A DNA stretch of 63,149 nucleotides from an uncultured Clostridia bacterium (GTDB taxonomy: Bacteria > Bacillota > Clostridia > Christensenellales > UBA1242), in NCBI GenBank assembly GCA_937895935.1, contig CALBKX010000005.1, forward strand, positions 1 to 63,149. The letters run 5' to 3'. The notes under the pieces were generated by a model. The model saw nothing but the letters and a program-made list of their open reading frames with translations. It ran no database searches and had not been told where the DNA came from. The position numbers were made by a program, and so were the translations under genes. Shown piece after piece: positions 35,347 to 43,725 of the stretch. Position 1 is the first letter of the stretch, and every line of letters begins with the position of its first letter.

Positions 35347-36822
35347 CTATTTTATCACAACATTTCCTTCAAACCACGAATTGAAAAAACTTGTTAAATC
35401 TTTTCCGCTTGCTTTATTAAAAGCGGTAACTAAATCATCTGGAGTTGCTTCTTTAAATTTGTTACATTCAAAATAATATTTTAAACATTTAGTCATTTTT
35501 GATTTTCCCAATAGGTCATTCAAATTTGAAAACATCAACATTCCTTTAACATAGGACAAATAAACATATTCATTTTCCGTCCCAAATTCATCTAAATCCC
35601 TCGCCATTTTTGTGGAAAAGTCAGGAATTACATCACTAAACACTTTAACAAAATTTGTGTAAGACTTACTTGCATTATCAAATATTTCATCGCTTGTATG
35701 GTTATACTCTGGATGTTCATCGTAAAACATTGCAGTGGTAAAATCTGTCAATCCTTCATCCAAAAAGCCATATTTAAATTGATTATTGCCAACAAGTCCA
35801 TACCACCATTGATGACAAAGTTCGTGCACCACCACATTTATGTATGTATCATAACTTGCCAAATTGTCAGATATTAACACAATGTTAGGATATTCCATTC
35901 CACCATGTACAAAATTGGCTTCACATACAGAAATTGCCTTGTAAGGATATTTGCCATATTTTTCATTCATCATAAAAGTTTTTTTAATAACTTCCATAGT
36001 TGTCGCAGGGTTGGAATCGTCATAATAATAATAGTTTATATCTATATCTTTATACGAATCGCAAAGAACTGTAAATTTTTCTGATAAAACCATTGCAAAA
36101 TCTCTAATTTTGTTTGCTGTAATTAAAGATGTTTTATTTGCTTCACTTACGGTTGTTTCAAAGGTTCCGCTACTCGCTAAAGTCATATCTTTGGGATATG
36201 TAATTTCTACAGTATAATTAGAAATTTTGCTATAAAATGGGTCGCCGTTGTAATGATACAAATCTGTCACATAATCGCCATTTTCATAAACACATAAAAC
36301 TGGATAGTAGTTGCAAAGATTGTATGTGTTTTCGCCATAACCTAACCTATGATTGATGTTTGCAAGACTTGTCGCAAAACCAACTTCAAATTCAATTAAT
36401 TCATCAGGATAAAGTTCTTGTCCAAAATCAATAATCAATATGTTTTCGTCTTCCCCACCTATTTCATACTCTAAACTGCCAGTTTTTGTACAAACACTTT
36501 CAATTTGAATATTGCCATAACTTTTTCCGTTTGGATAAGCCTTAACCTCATTTGCAAGAGAAACAACTTTTGCTTTTGCGTTTTCTCTAAACGCATTTGG
36601 ATACAAATGTAAGTATGCTTTGGTTAAAACAGTGTCTGTATAGTTGTAAAAACCAACGATTTCTTTTCCTTCCAAAACTTTTTCTTCCGCATTAAAAACC
36701 AGGGTTTGATTATAATAGCAATAATTTTCACCCTTATTTAAATTTTGTGCACAAAAAACAAATGCACCAATTGCCACCCCTAAAACGCACGCACTAATTA
36801 AAAACCACTTTTTCTTTTTCAT
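35347..36822 (-). CDS. Membrane-anchored M1-family (gluzincin, aminopeptidase N-like) zinc metallopeptidase
   Basis: HEXXH-X18-E motif: VVHELCHQWWYGLVGNNQFKYGFLDEGLT. N-terminal anchor: KKKKWFLISACVLGVAIGAFVF. Start at ATG 36820-36822; there is no clear RBS and the track ORF is 22 codons longer. Confidence 0.8.
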   Translation of the reverse strand: MKKKKWFLISACVLGVAIGAFVFCAQNLNKGENYCYYNQTLVFNAEEKVLEGKEIVGFYNYTDTVLTKAYLHLYPNAFRENAKAKVVSLANEVKAYPNGKSYGNIQIESVCTKTGSLEYEIGGEDENILIIDFGQELYPDELIEFEVGFATSLANINHRLGYGENTYNLCNYYPVLCVYENGDYVTDLYHYNGDPFYSKISNYTVEITYPKDMTLASSGTFETTVSEANKTSLITANKIRDFAMVLSEKFTVLCDSYKDIDINYYYYDDSNPATTMEVIKKTFMMNEKYGKYPYKAISVCEANFVHGGMEYPNIVLISDNLASYDTYINVVVHELCHQWWYGLVGNNQFKYGFLDEGLTDFTTAMFYDEHPEYNHTSDEIFDNASKSYTNFVKVFSDVIPDFSTKMARDLDEFGTENEYVYLSYVKGMLMFSNLNDLLGKSKMTKCLKYYFECNKFKEATPDDLVTAFNKASGKDLTSFFNSWFEGNVVIK

Positions 36823-36991
36823 ATCGTAAATGTATGATACAAAATGAACTAATATGCAAAATACAAAAACTTTTAAGTGAACACACATTAATTATGCAAT
36901 TGGCAAATTAAAAAACAACTGTTAATCACAAAAGCACTTGCAGTTTTTTTATTATATGTGCTAAAATGTTTAACATTAAAAGGATAAAAAA

Positions 36992-38452
36992 ATGCCATTT
37001 TGTCAATTTTCTTCGGAAAGTGTAATTTCCAACACAACCAATGTGGATAATGTTTTCATTAATGAATTTTTACCTTACGCAAACGACACATGCGTTAAGG
37101 TTTATTTATATGGTCTTTATAAATGCAACACACCAAACACATATGACAACACTTTAGAAGCGTTTTCAAACATTTTAGGACTAGACACTGAGGATGTTTA
37201 TTCTGCTTTTTTATACTGGCAAGATCAAGGTCTTGTTCAAATTCTCGCAACTGAACCTTTTGAGGTTGTTTTTAACCCAATTAAAAGTGCCTTATCCACC
37301 ACTAAAAAATACAATAAAGATAAATACTCTGATTTTAATATTCAATTAGAGTCTATTTTAAAAGGTAGAAATATTACTTTAAACGAATATTATCAATACT
37401 ATGAATTTATGGAAGTTTACCATGTTGAACCAGAAGCCTTAATTTTAATTATTGAGTATTGTGTACGTGCAAAAGGTGCAAAAATTGGTTATAGTTATAT
37501 TTTAACTATTGCAAAAAACTGGGCGTACGATGGAATAACTTCCTATGAAAAGGTCGACCAAAAATTACAGGAATTAGAACAAAATTCTAGCCAAATAGGT
37601 GAACTTTTTGCCATTCTTGGAATTAAAAGGGTTGCAAGTGTGGATGAAAAAGAATTGCTTGTTAAATGGAAACAAGAATATGAATTTTCATTTGAAACAA
37701 TAATTGGCATTTGTAAACTTGTAAAAAAGAAAAAAATGAAATTAACCAATTTTGAAAAATTGGATTTAATACTTACTAAATATTATGAAATGAAACTTTC
37801 TTCATTAAAAGAAATTGAAAATTATGAAAGCGAAAAAGAAGGTTTGTATAAAATCAGTAGGCAAATATGTAAAGGTCTTGGTTTATACTATGATAATATT
37901 GAACCAGTTAGTTCCAACTATACTCAAAAATGGGTTCTTATGGGATTTAGCGATGAAGTGTTGTTTAAAATTGCGAACTATTGCTTTAAAACATCCATAA
38001 GAAGTCTTGATGGAATGGATAATGTCATAAACAAGTTCTTTAAATTAGGCATAATCACGAATGATGCTTTAGAGCAATATTTTGAAGAAATACTTAAAAT
38101 TGATAATAACATAAAATCAATATTGGACTCTTTAGGACTTTTAAGAAACGTAAATAAATTTGATAGAGATTTTTATAAAACGTGGACAACAGAATGGCAA
38201 ATGCCAACTGAAATTATAAATTATGCAATTGAACTTTCAAAAGACAAATATAGTCCAATGCAATATTTAAACAAACTACTCTCCCTTTGGCACACAAACA
38301 ATGTTGAAAATGTGGAACAAGCCAAAAAATACACTTTGGATAACCCTATAGTTAAGCCAAGTGAAAAGCCAAAAAGAAACTACTCTGATCGTGACTATTC
38401 AAAAACTGACCTTAATGCTCTATTTGATAACTTGGAAGAAATTGATTTATAG
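36992..38452 (+). CDS. DnaD-domain replication initiation / membrane attachment protein (B. subtilis DnaB-like helicase co-loader)
   Basis: Two DnaD-type C-terminal repeats (YILTIAKNWAYDGITSYEKV and YLNKLLSLWHTNNVENVEQA). AAAGGA RBS. It is followed 19 nt later by dnaI. Confidence 0.75.
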   Translation: MPFCQFSSESVISNTTNVDNVFINEFLPYANDTCVKVYLYGLYKCNTPNTYDNTLEAFSNILGLDTEDVYSAFLYWQDQGLVQILATEPFEVVFNPIKSALSTTKKYNKDKYSDFNIQLESILKGRNITLNEYYQYYEFMEVYHVEPEALILIIEYCVRAKGAKIGYSYILTIAKNWAYDGITSYEKVDQKLQELEQNSSQIGELFAILGIKRVASVDEKELLVKWKQEYEFSFETIIGICKLVKKKKMKLTNFEKLDLILTKYYEMKLSSLKEIENYESEKEGLYKISRQICKGLGLYYDNIEPVSSNYTQKWVLMGFSDEVLFKIANYCFKTSIRSLDGMDNVINKFFKLGIITNDALEQYFEEILKIDNNIKSILDSLGLLRNVNKFDRDFYKTWTTEWQMPTEIINYAIELSKDKYSPMQYLNKLLSLWHTNNVENVEQAKKYTLDNPIVKPSEKPKRNYSDRDYSKTDLNALFDNLEEIDL

Positions 38453-38471
38453 TTAACAAAAGGAAATTTAA

Positions 38472-39365
38472 ATGAACGAGAAAATTTTAAAAAAAGCACT
38501 ACTTAGAATAGATGAAAAAAGACAATACGCAGAAGAAAAAGCAAAAAACAATTTGCTCCTTGCGTATAAAAATCCAGAATTTAAAAAGTTATATAACACT
38601 AAACGTGAATTAGAAATTGAAATTGCAAGACGTGAGGTTTATGGCGAACCTGTAAATAGAAAAGAACTAACGCTCTTATCTCAAAAACTTGAATTTTGTT
38701 TAAAGGATATGGATTTAAACGGAACAGATATTTTGCCAAACTACGAATGTAAAGATTGCAGTGATACTGGATATATAAACGGCAAACCTTGCGACTGTTT
38801 GAAAGCAGAAATCAATAAAGAACTTTTAAATTTTAGTGGTTTCACCCATAAATTAGCCACATTTGAAGATAACAATTATAATAATCCAGCATATGATTTA
38901 ATGAAAAAATGGTGTGATGTAAAAAGTGATAAAACCAACATTTTAATTTGTGGACATACAGGAACTGGAAAAACTTTTTTAACAGAATGTATAGCAAGCC
39001 GTCTTATTGAAAAATACAAACTTGTTTTGTTTACTACTGCTTTCAATTTAAACAACTCTATGTTGAATTATCATATAAGTTTTGACTCAAATAGAGAAAA
39101 TATTATTAAACCTTACTTAGAAACTGATGTTTTAATCATTGACGATCTTGGGTCTGAGCCTATGCTTAAAAATGTTACACAAGAGTATTTATACTTAATT
39201 TTAAATGAGCGGATGCTTGCAAAAAAGTCCACAATTATAACTACAAATTTAATGCCAAAAGATATTTTAAATACGTATGGAGAAAGAATTTTTTCCCGTT
39301 TGTCAAATAAAAAAGTATCAATTATGATCAATTTAGAAAGTGATGACTTACGCTTAAAAAAATAG
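38472..39365 (+). CDS. dnaI: Primosomal helicase loader ATPase DnaI (DnaC/IstB-like AAA+)
   Basis: N-terminal Zn motif CKDCSDTGYINGKPCDC. Walker A ICGHTGTGKTFL. Walker B DVLIIDDLGSE. ITTNL sensor. Confidence 0.8.
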   Translation: MNEKILKKALLRIDEKRQYAEEKAKNNLLLAYKNPEFKKLYNTKRELEIEIARREVYGEPVNRKELTLLSQKLEFCLKDMDLNGTDILPNYECKDCSDTGYINGKPCDCLKAEINKELLNFSGFTHKLATFEDNNYNNPAYDLMKKWCDVKSDKTNILICGHTGTGKTFLTECIASRLIEKYKLVLFTTAFNLNNSMLNYHISFDSNRENIIKPYLETDVLIIDDLGSEPMLKNVTQEYLYLILNERMLAKKSTIITTNLMPKDILNTYGERIFSRLSNKKVSIMINLESDDLRLKK

Positions 39366-39375
39366 GAGAAAAATT

Positions 39376-39963
39376 ATGGATATAGAGCAAAACAAACAAC
39401 AATTTATAGAAATTGCAAAACAAAACATTAAACGTGAAGGCATTGATGCACTTTTGGATTACTTACAAAAAAGTGATTTTTTTGAAGCACCAGCAAGCAC
39501 AAGATTTCACTCATGTGAAGCAGGCGGACTTTGCAAACACTCACTAAATGTTTATAACAGATATTTAAATTTGTTAAAAAATGAATATGGTGATAATTGG
39601 CAAGAAAAAATAAGTTTGGAAAGTGCAACCATCATTTCCTTGTTCCATGATATTTGCAAAGTAAATACTTACAAAACAGAATATAGAAATGTTAAAGAAG
39701 ATGGTGTTTGGATTCAAAAACCTGTTTTTATAACAAATGATACACTTCCATATGGACACGGAGAAAAATCAGTTTATATTATCAACGGATTTGTCAGACT
39801 CACAAGAGAAGAAGCAATGGCTATAAACTGGCATATGGGTGGATTTGACACAAGAGTAAAAGGCGGTTTTTACGGACTTGAAAATGTTTTTTATACATAT
39901 CCTACTGCTCTGCTCTTTCATCTTTCAGATATTGAAGCCACCTATCTTGACGAACATATGTAA
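39376..39963 (+). CDS. HD-domain metal-dependent phosphohydrolase
   Basis: HSCEAGGLCKHSL...LFHDICK (H...HD) plus the distal HLSD. AGGAG RBS. It is the third gene of the loader operon. Confidence 0.7.
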   Translation: MDIEQNKQQFIEIAKQNIKREGIDALLDYLQKSDFFEAPASTRFHSCEAGGLCKHSLNVYNRYLNLLKNEYGDNWQEKISLESATIISLFHDICKVNTYKTEYRNVKEDGVWIQKPVFITNDTLPYGHGEKSVYIINGFVRLTREEAMAINWHMGGFDTRVKGGFYGLENVFYTYPTALLFHLSDIEATYLDEHM

Positions 39964-40074
39964 AATACAATTGAAATTTGTAAAACACAACCATTCCAAT
40001 TTTAAAATAATTCAAAATAAAACAAGTTGGTTATTAAATGATATCATAGATTGCTTAAACAAAAGAGTTTCTAG

Positions 40075-40119
40075 TATCGGAAATTGTTACACGTAAAAAT
40101 GTTTGACAAATTTCCGATA
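40075..40119. other. Long hairpin between convergent genes (HD hydrolase and spmB)
   Basis: TATCGGAAATTG (40075-86) pairs with CAAATTTCCGATA (40107-19), with one bulge and a 20-nt loop. There is no clear U tract on either strand. Confidence 0.3.
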
Positions 40120-40151
40120 GAGGAATTAAAAAAAATATTTAATTGGTTAAT

Positions 40152-40658
40152 TTAAATTATTTTACAAATTAAGCAAGATACTATTGCTCCAAATATTGAT
40201 GCAATGATACCAACTGGAATAGCATACGATAATTTTTTAATTGATGTTTTTGCTGTATACACTGTTGTTACATAAAATAGTGTTTCACTTGAGCCTAAAA
40301 TACAAGAAGCACAGCGTGCTATATATGAATCAGCCCCATAAGTTGCAAAAATGTCATTTAATAATGCAAAACTTCCTGAACCAGTAAAAGGTCTTAAAAG
40401 CACCAGTTCACATACTTCATTGGGAATTCCTAAAAGATTGAAAATTGGACTTAAAATATTTATTAAAAGGTCACTTAGTCCACTCACGCGAAAAAGTGCA
40501 ACTGCCAATAGTATTGTTACTATGTAGGGGAAAATATCAAGGCATAATTTAAATGCACCCTTTGCTCCGTCAATGAATGTTTTATATACATTAACTTTTT
40601 TAAAAAAAGCATAAACAAACAAAAAAATCAAAAGCACGGGAAGAATATAAACGCTCAT
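40152..40658 (-). CDS. spmB: Spore maturation protein B (nucleoside-recognition/Gate-type membrane protein)
   Basis: LLRPFTGSGSFALLNDIFATYGADSYIARCASCILGSSETLFYVTTVY. There is a 4-nt overlap with the upstream spmA. Confidence 0.8.
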   Translation of the reverse strand: MSVYILPVLLIFLFVYAFFKKVNVYKTFIDGAKGAFKLCLDIFPYIVTILLAVALFRVSGLSDLLINILSPIFNLLGIPNEVCELVLLRPFTGSGSFALLNDIFATYGADSYIARCASCILGSSETLFYVTTVYTAKTSIKKLSYAIPVGIIASIFGAIVSCLICKII

Positions 40659-41221
40659 TTTCCCTTCCTTTTAAATTTGCTAAATAAAAATACCAAAAAA
40701 ACTGCAAAAGTACACGTTAGCAAACTAGAAATTATTGTTGGGAGAATAATATCGGTAGAACTTGTACTGCCTGCACTTTCACGTAGCCCTATTATTGTGG
40801 TAGGCAAAAACTGGATTGAAACAGAATTTATAACTAAAAGCATTATGGCTGAAAATGATGCTTTTGTGGAGCCATCGTCAAGTTTTTGCATTGCATTTAT
40901 TCCACTTGGCGTAGCAGCATTGCCAAGACCTAAAATGTTAGACGCCATATTTATGGCTATATATTTATTAGCTTCTTTGTTGTCAGATTTAAATACAAAT
41001 TTAATAATTGGAGATAAAAGTTTTTCAAGTTTTGAAGAAAGACCACTTTTATCAACAATTTCAATAATTCCAAGCCAAATTGCATAAATGCCCAGTAAAT
41101 TTATACATAATTTAACCGCCTGTTCCCCTGATGAAAGCATTTCACTGACAACTGCTTCAGGGTTTTTAAATAGCAAAAATATTATTGAAGGCAAAACCAT
41201 AAAAAACCAAACTTTACTCAT
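40655..41221 (-). CDS. spmA: Spore maturation protein A
   Basis: GEQAVKLCINLLGIYAIWLGIIEIVDKSGL...NILGLGNAATPSGINAMQKL. Confidence 0.8.
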   Translation of the reverse strand: MSKVWFFMVLPSIIFLLFKNPEAVVSEMLSSGEQAVKLCINLLGIYAIWLGIIEIVDKSGLSSKLEKLLSPIIKFVFKSDNKEANKYIAINMASNILGLGNAATPSGINAMQKLDDGSTKASFSAIMLLVINSVSIQFLPTTIIGLRESAGSTSSTDIILPTIISSLLTCTFAVFLVFLFSKFKRKGK

Positions 41222-41277
41222 AGTGTATATATATGAAATTTAAGTTTGATTGATACTAGCAATTTTGCATAGCATTT

Positions 41278-41448
41278 TTAATCTTTACAATCATTAAAAG
41301 CCTTTTGACTAACTATCGCTTGCAAATTATTGCAGATTATTGAAAAAAGATTTTTATATGTGTTTATTTCATTAATACTTTTGTCGTTTGCCAAATCAAT
41401 GGCTATTATAGTGCCAATTAAAACAATTTTTTTAGGGTCAATACTCAT
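41278..41448 (-). CDS. Small hypothetical protein (56 aa from the ATG)
   Basis: ORF MSIDPKKIVLIGTIIAIDLANDKSINEINTYKNLFSIICNNLQAIVSQKAFNDCKD. The start is uncertain: AAGG is too close to the ATG, and the track uses an upstream TTG. I recognise no family. Confidence 0.3.
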   Translation of the reverse strand: MSIDPKKIVLIGTIIAIDLANDKSINEINTYKNLFSIICNNLQAIVSQKAFNDCKD

Positions 41449-41643
41449 ACCTTTATTTATGAATTTTAAAAAAAAGTAGTTAAATTTGTTCAAATTTTAA
41501 AAAATTTTTTTTAAATAAAATATTTTTATTGTTATATAAATGGGGTTGACTTTTTTATCTTTTATTTTTAATTTTGACGCCATCATTATTACAAACAAAT
41601 TAATAGTGATTTACTATCCTAAAAAAATAGTGTCAAAGCGGTA

Positions 41644-41671
41644 TTGACAATTGGATTTTTTATTTTACACT
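41644..41671 (+). promoter_or_regulatory. Candidate promoter of the 602-aa coiled-coil protein gene
   Basis: TTGACA (41644-41649) -N16- TACACT (41666-41671), about 38 nt upstream of ATG 41709. Confidence 0.4.
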
Positions 41672-41708
41672 TAATTTGTTTTCAAAAAGAGTGCAAAAAA
41701 GGACAAAA

Positions 41709-43517
41709 ATGAGTAGGACAATTACAGACTTAAATTCTCAAGTTGAAGAATTAGAAAAAAGAATTAAAGCGATTTCCACCTCTCAAACCACCTTAAGCCA
41801 AATTATAGCAATTAGAGATAGTTTGGACCAAGTTAAAGCTTGCTTAAGTGATTTAAATTCCACCATTGAAGAAAAAAATCAGCAAGACCAAGAAAATGAT
41901 ATCACCACCATAAAAAACAGAGTTTCTGCGATAGAAACAGATATAACTAGTTTGCAAACAGGTGTTGGTGCAAACGAAGATGATATTGATACAATTCAAA
42001 CAGAAATTTCATCAATTAATAGCAGTATAAGCGAACAAAACACAATCATTAGTAATCTTCAAACCACCCAAACAAACTTAACCACAACTCAAACAAGTTT
42101 GCAAACTTCCCTTACTAACCAAGCGAGCTTAATATCTGCAAATACAAATAATATTACTACAAATACAACAAACATTGCATATAATTCAAGCCAATTATCA
42201 CAACTCACATCAAGAGTTGTCGCCTGTGAACAGGAATTGGAAGATTTGTCAGGCGGTGTCGATTTAAGCGATATTTCCAATAAACTTGATATGCTATCTA
42301 ACCTTTCCACCAATGTTTTAACTTTTGAGCAGTTTGACTATCAATTAGCACCAGCAAACACTTTTAACACAAGATTTTACTATTTTACTGCTCCAAAAAA
42401 ATCCAAATTAATTACAGCTTACACCATAACTTATACCACCACAAATCCAACTGGAAATATGACAATTGAATTAACATTAAATGACAGTGTGGTTTATACA
42501 AAAACCATTTCCTTATCAAAATATCCTGACGGATATAAATTTGAATATTTATTTGTTAATAAATATATGACAAACACAATAAGGTTAAAATTTACTTATG
42601 AAGATTATGTTAAATTTGACAATATGATATTTAGTTTACAAGGCACTCAAGTTAATATTTCAAAATATGACCAAGAAATAACCGCTATTTCATATAATAA
42701 CTATATTTATATAACTAAACACTGCAAAGATAAAATTTATTATGGAAAATTTACATCAGACGACACAATAGATTTTGACAATTTACCAAACGAACAAATA
42801 AACTATGATGCAAACTTAAAATATTTATGGATGTGTTTTGTACCATATTGTACATATAACACTTCAAGTGACACAAACCACACAGCAGTTTATGATGGCA
42901 TAATAAAAGAAGCCCACGATGGATATAAATATTTCCAAACAGTTCCATATTCAGAAACAAAAGTCACTAGAAAAGATAAAAGTAATTTTACTTCAAGTGG
43001 TGAGCATTGTAGCGGAAGATATAGAACAAATATAACTGTATATGTTAAAAATGATATGATATGTTATGATAGATTTGACGACAATACTGCACCATACCTT
43101 ATGTCTTATTATAAATCGTATGGAAGTTGGATTTATGCCGCACCTGTAAATTCAAACTTTTTTACCCAAGAAGGTAACGCTATTGAAATGTTTTTATACT
43201 TAAAAACCGTAGCTAAATTGGATGATGGGTATTTCTATTATATAGACTCTGTAATGTCAAGTAAGCCCGTGAAGGTTGCAAAAGGTAATAGAGCAACCGC
43301 TTATTTACAATCCAATGGTCAAATTAATGTATATTTAAGCAGAAGCGATGGTAGCACAGACAAATATTCGGTTATTAAATCAGGAACAACTTATTATCCA
43401 TATTTTATGTGCAATATACCTGATTGTGATGTTGTTTTTGAAACATTAAATAATAAAATAATCAAACATACAAGTTCTGGCTGGGAAACTGCCACTTTAA
43501 ATTATGTTGATAATTAA
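41709..43517 (+). CDS. Hypothetical protein: ~190-aa Ser/Thr/Asn/Gln-rich coiled-coil N-terminus plus a ~400-aa aromatic-rich beta-type C-terminal domain, with no signal peptide
   Basis: N-terminus: ITDLNSQVEELEKRIKAIS...ISAIETDITSLQTGVGANEDDIDTIQTEISSINSSISEQNTIISNLQTTQTNLTTTQTSLQTSL. Start at ATG 41709 (AAGGA RBS); the track ORF starts at TTG 41676. Confidence 0.7.
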   Translation: MSRTITDLNSQVEELEKRIKAISTSQTTLSQIIAIRDSLDQVKACLSDLNSTIEEKNQQDQENDITTIKNRVSAIETDITSLQTGVGANEDDIDTIQTEISSINSSISEQNTIISNLQTTQTNLTTTQTSLQTSLTNQASLISANTNNITTNTTNIAYNSSQLSQLTSRVVACEQELEDLSGGVDLSDISNKLDMLSNLSTNVLTFEQFDYQLAPANTFNTRFYYFTAPKKSKLITAYTITYTTTNPTGNMTIELTLNDSVVYTKTISLSKYPDGYKFEYLFVNKYMTNTIRLKFTYEDYVKFDNMIFSLQGTQVNISKYDQEITAISYNNYIYITKHCKDKIYYGKFTSDDTIDFDNLPNEQINYDANLKYLWMCFVPYCTYNTSSDTNHTAVYDGIIKEAHDGYKYFQTVPYSETKVTRKDKSNFTSSGEHCSGRYRTNITVYVKNDMICYDRFDDNTAPYLMSYYKSYGSWIYAAPVNSNFFTQEGNAIEMFLYLKTVAKLDDGYFYYIDSVMSSKPVKVAKGNRATAYLQSNGQINVYLSRSDGSTDKYSVIKSGTTYYPYFMCNIPDCDVVFETLNNKIIKHTSSGWETATLNYVDN

Positions 43518-43523
43518 TAAAAT

Positions 43524-43573
43524 AAAAAACAAGGCATTATTTGGAATGAAATCCAAATTTTGCCTTGTTTTTT
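43524..43573. terminator. Bidirectional intrinsic terminator between the convergent 602-aa and 6279-aa genes
   Basis: Outer stem AAAAAACAAGGCA/TGCCTTGTTTTTT (43524-36 and 43561-73) plus inner stem ATTTGGA/TCCAAAT. There are A/T tracts on both sides. Confidence 0.75.
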
Positions 43574-43725
43574 AATATTTTTTATAATTTTGCTTTAATT
43601 TTTTAACAATTAATTTATTATTAATTAATTATTTAAATAATTAAAATTTTTTAATAATAATTTTATATTTTTAATGTTAAAAATTAAAGTTTTAATGGTA
43701 AAACAAAATTATTTTAAAATTAAAC

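Noticed and set aside
36992-39963. DnaD-like / DnaI / HD trio as a prophage replication module.
   Set aside because: The 486-aa protein has the two-repeat architecture and size of chromosomal Firmicute DnaB-type co-loaders. There are no flanking phage genes, integrase or att-like repeats in the window.
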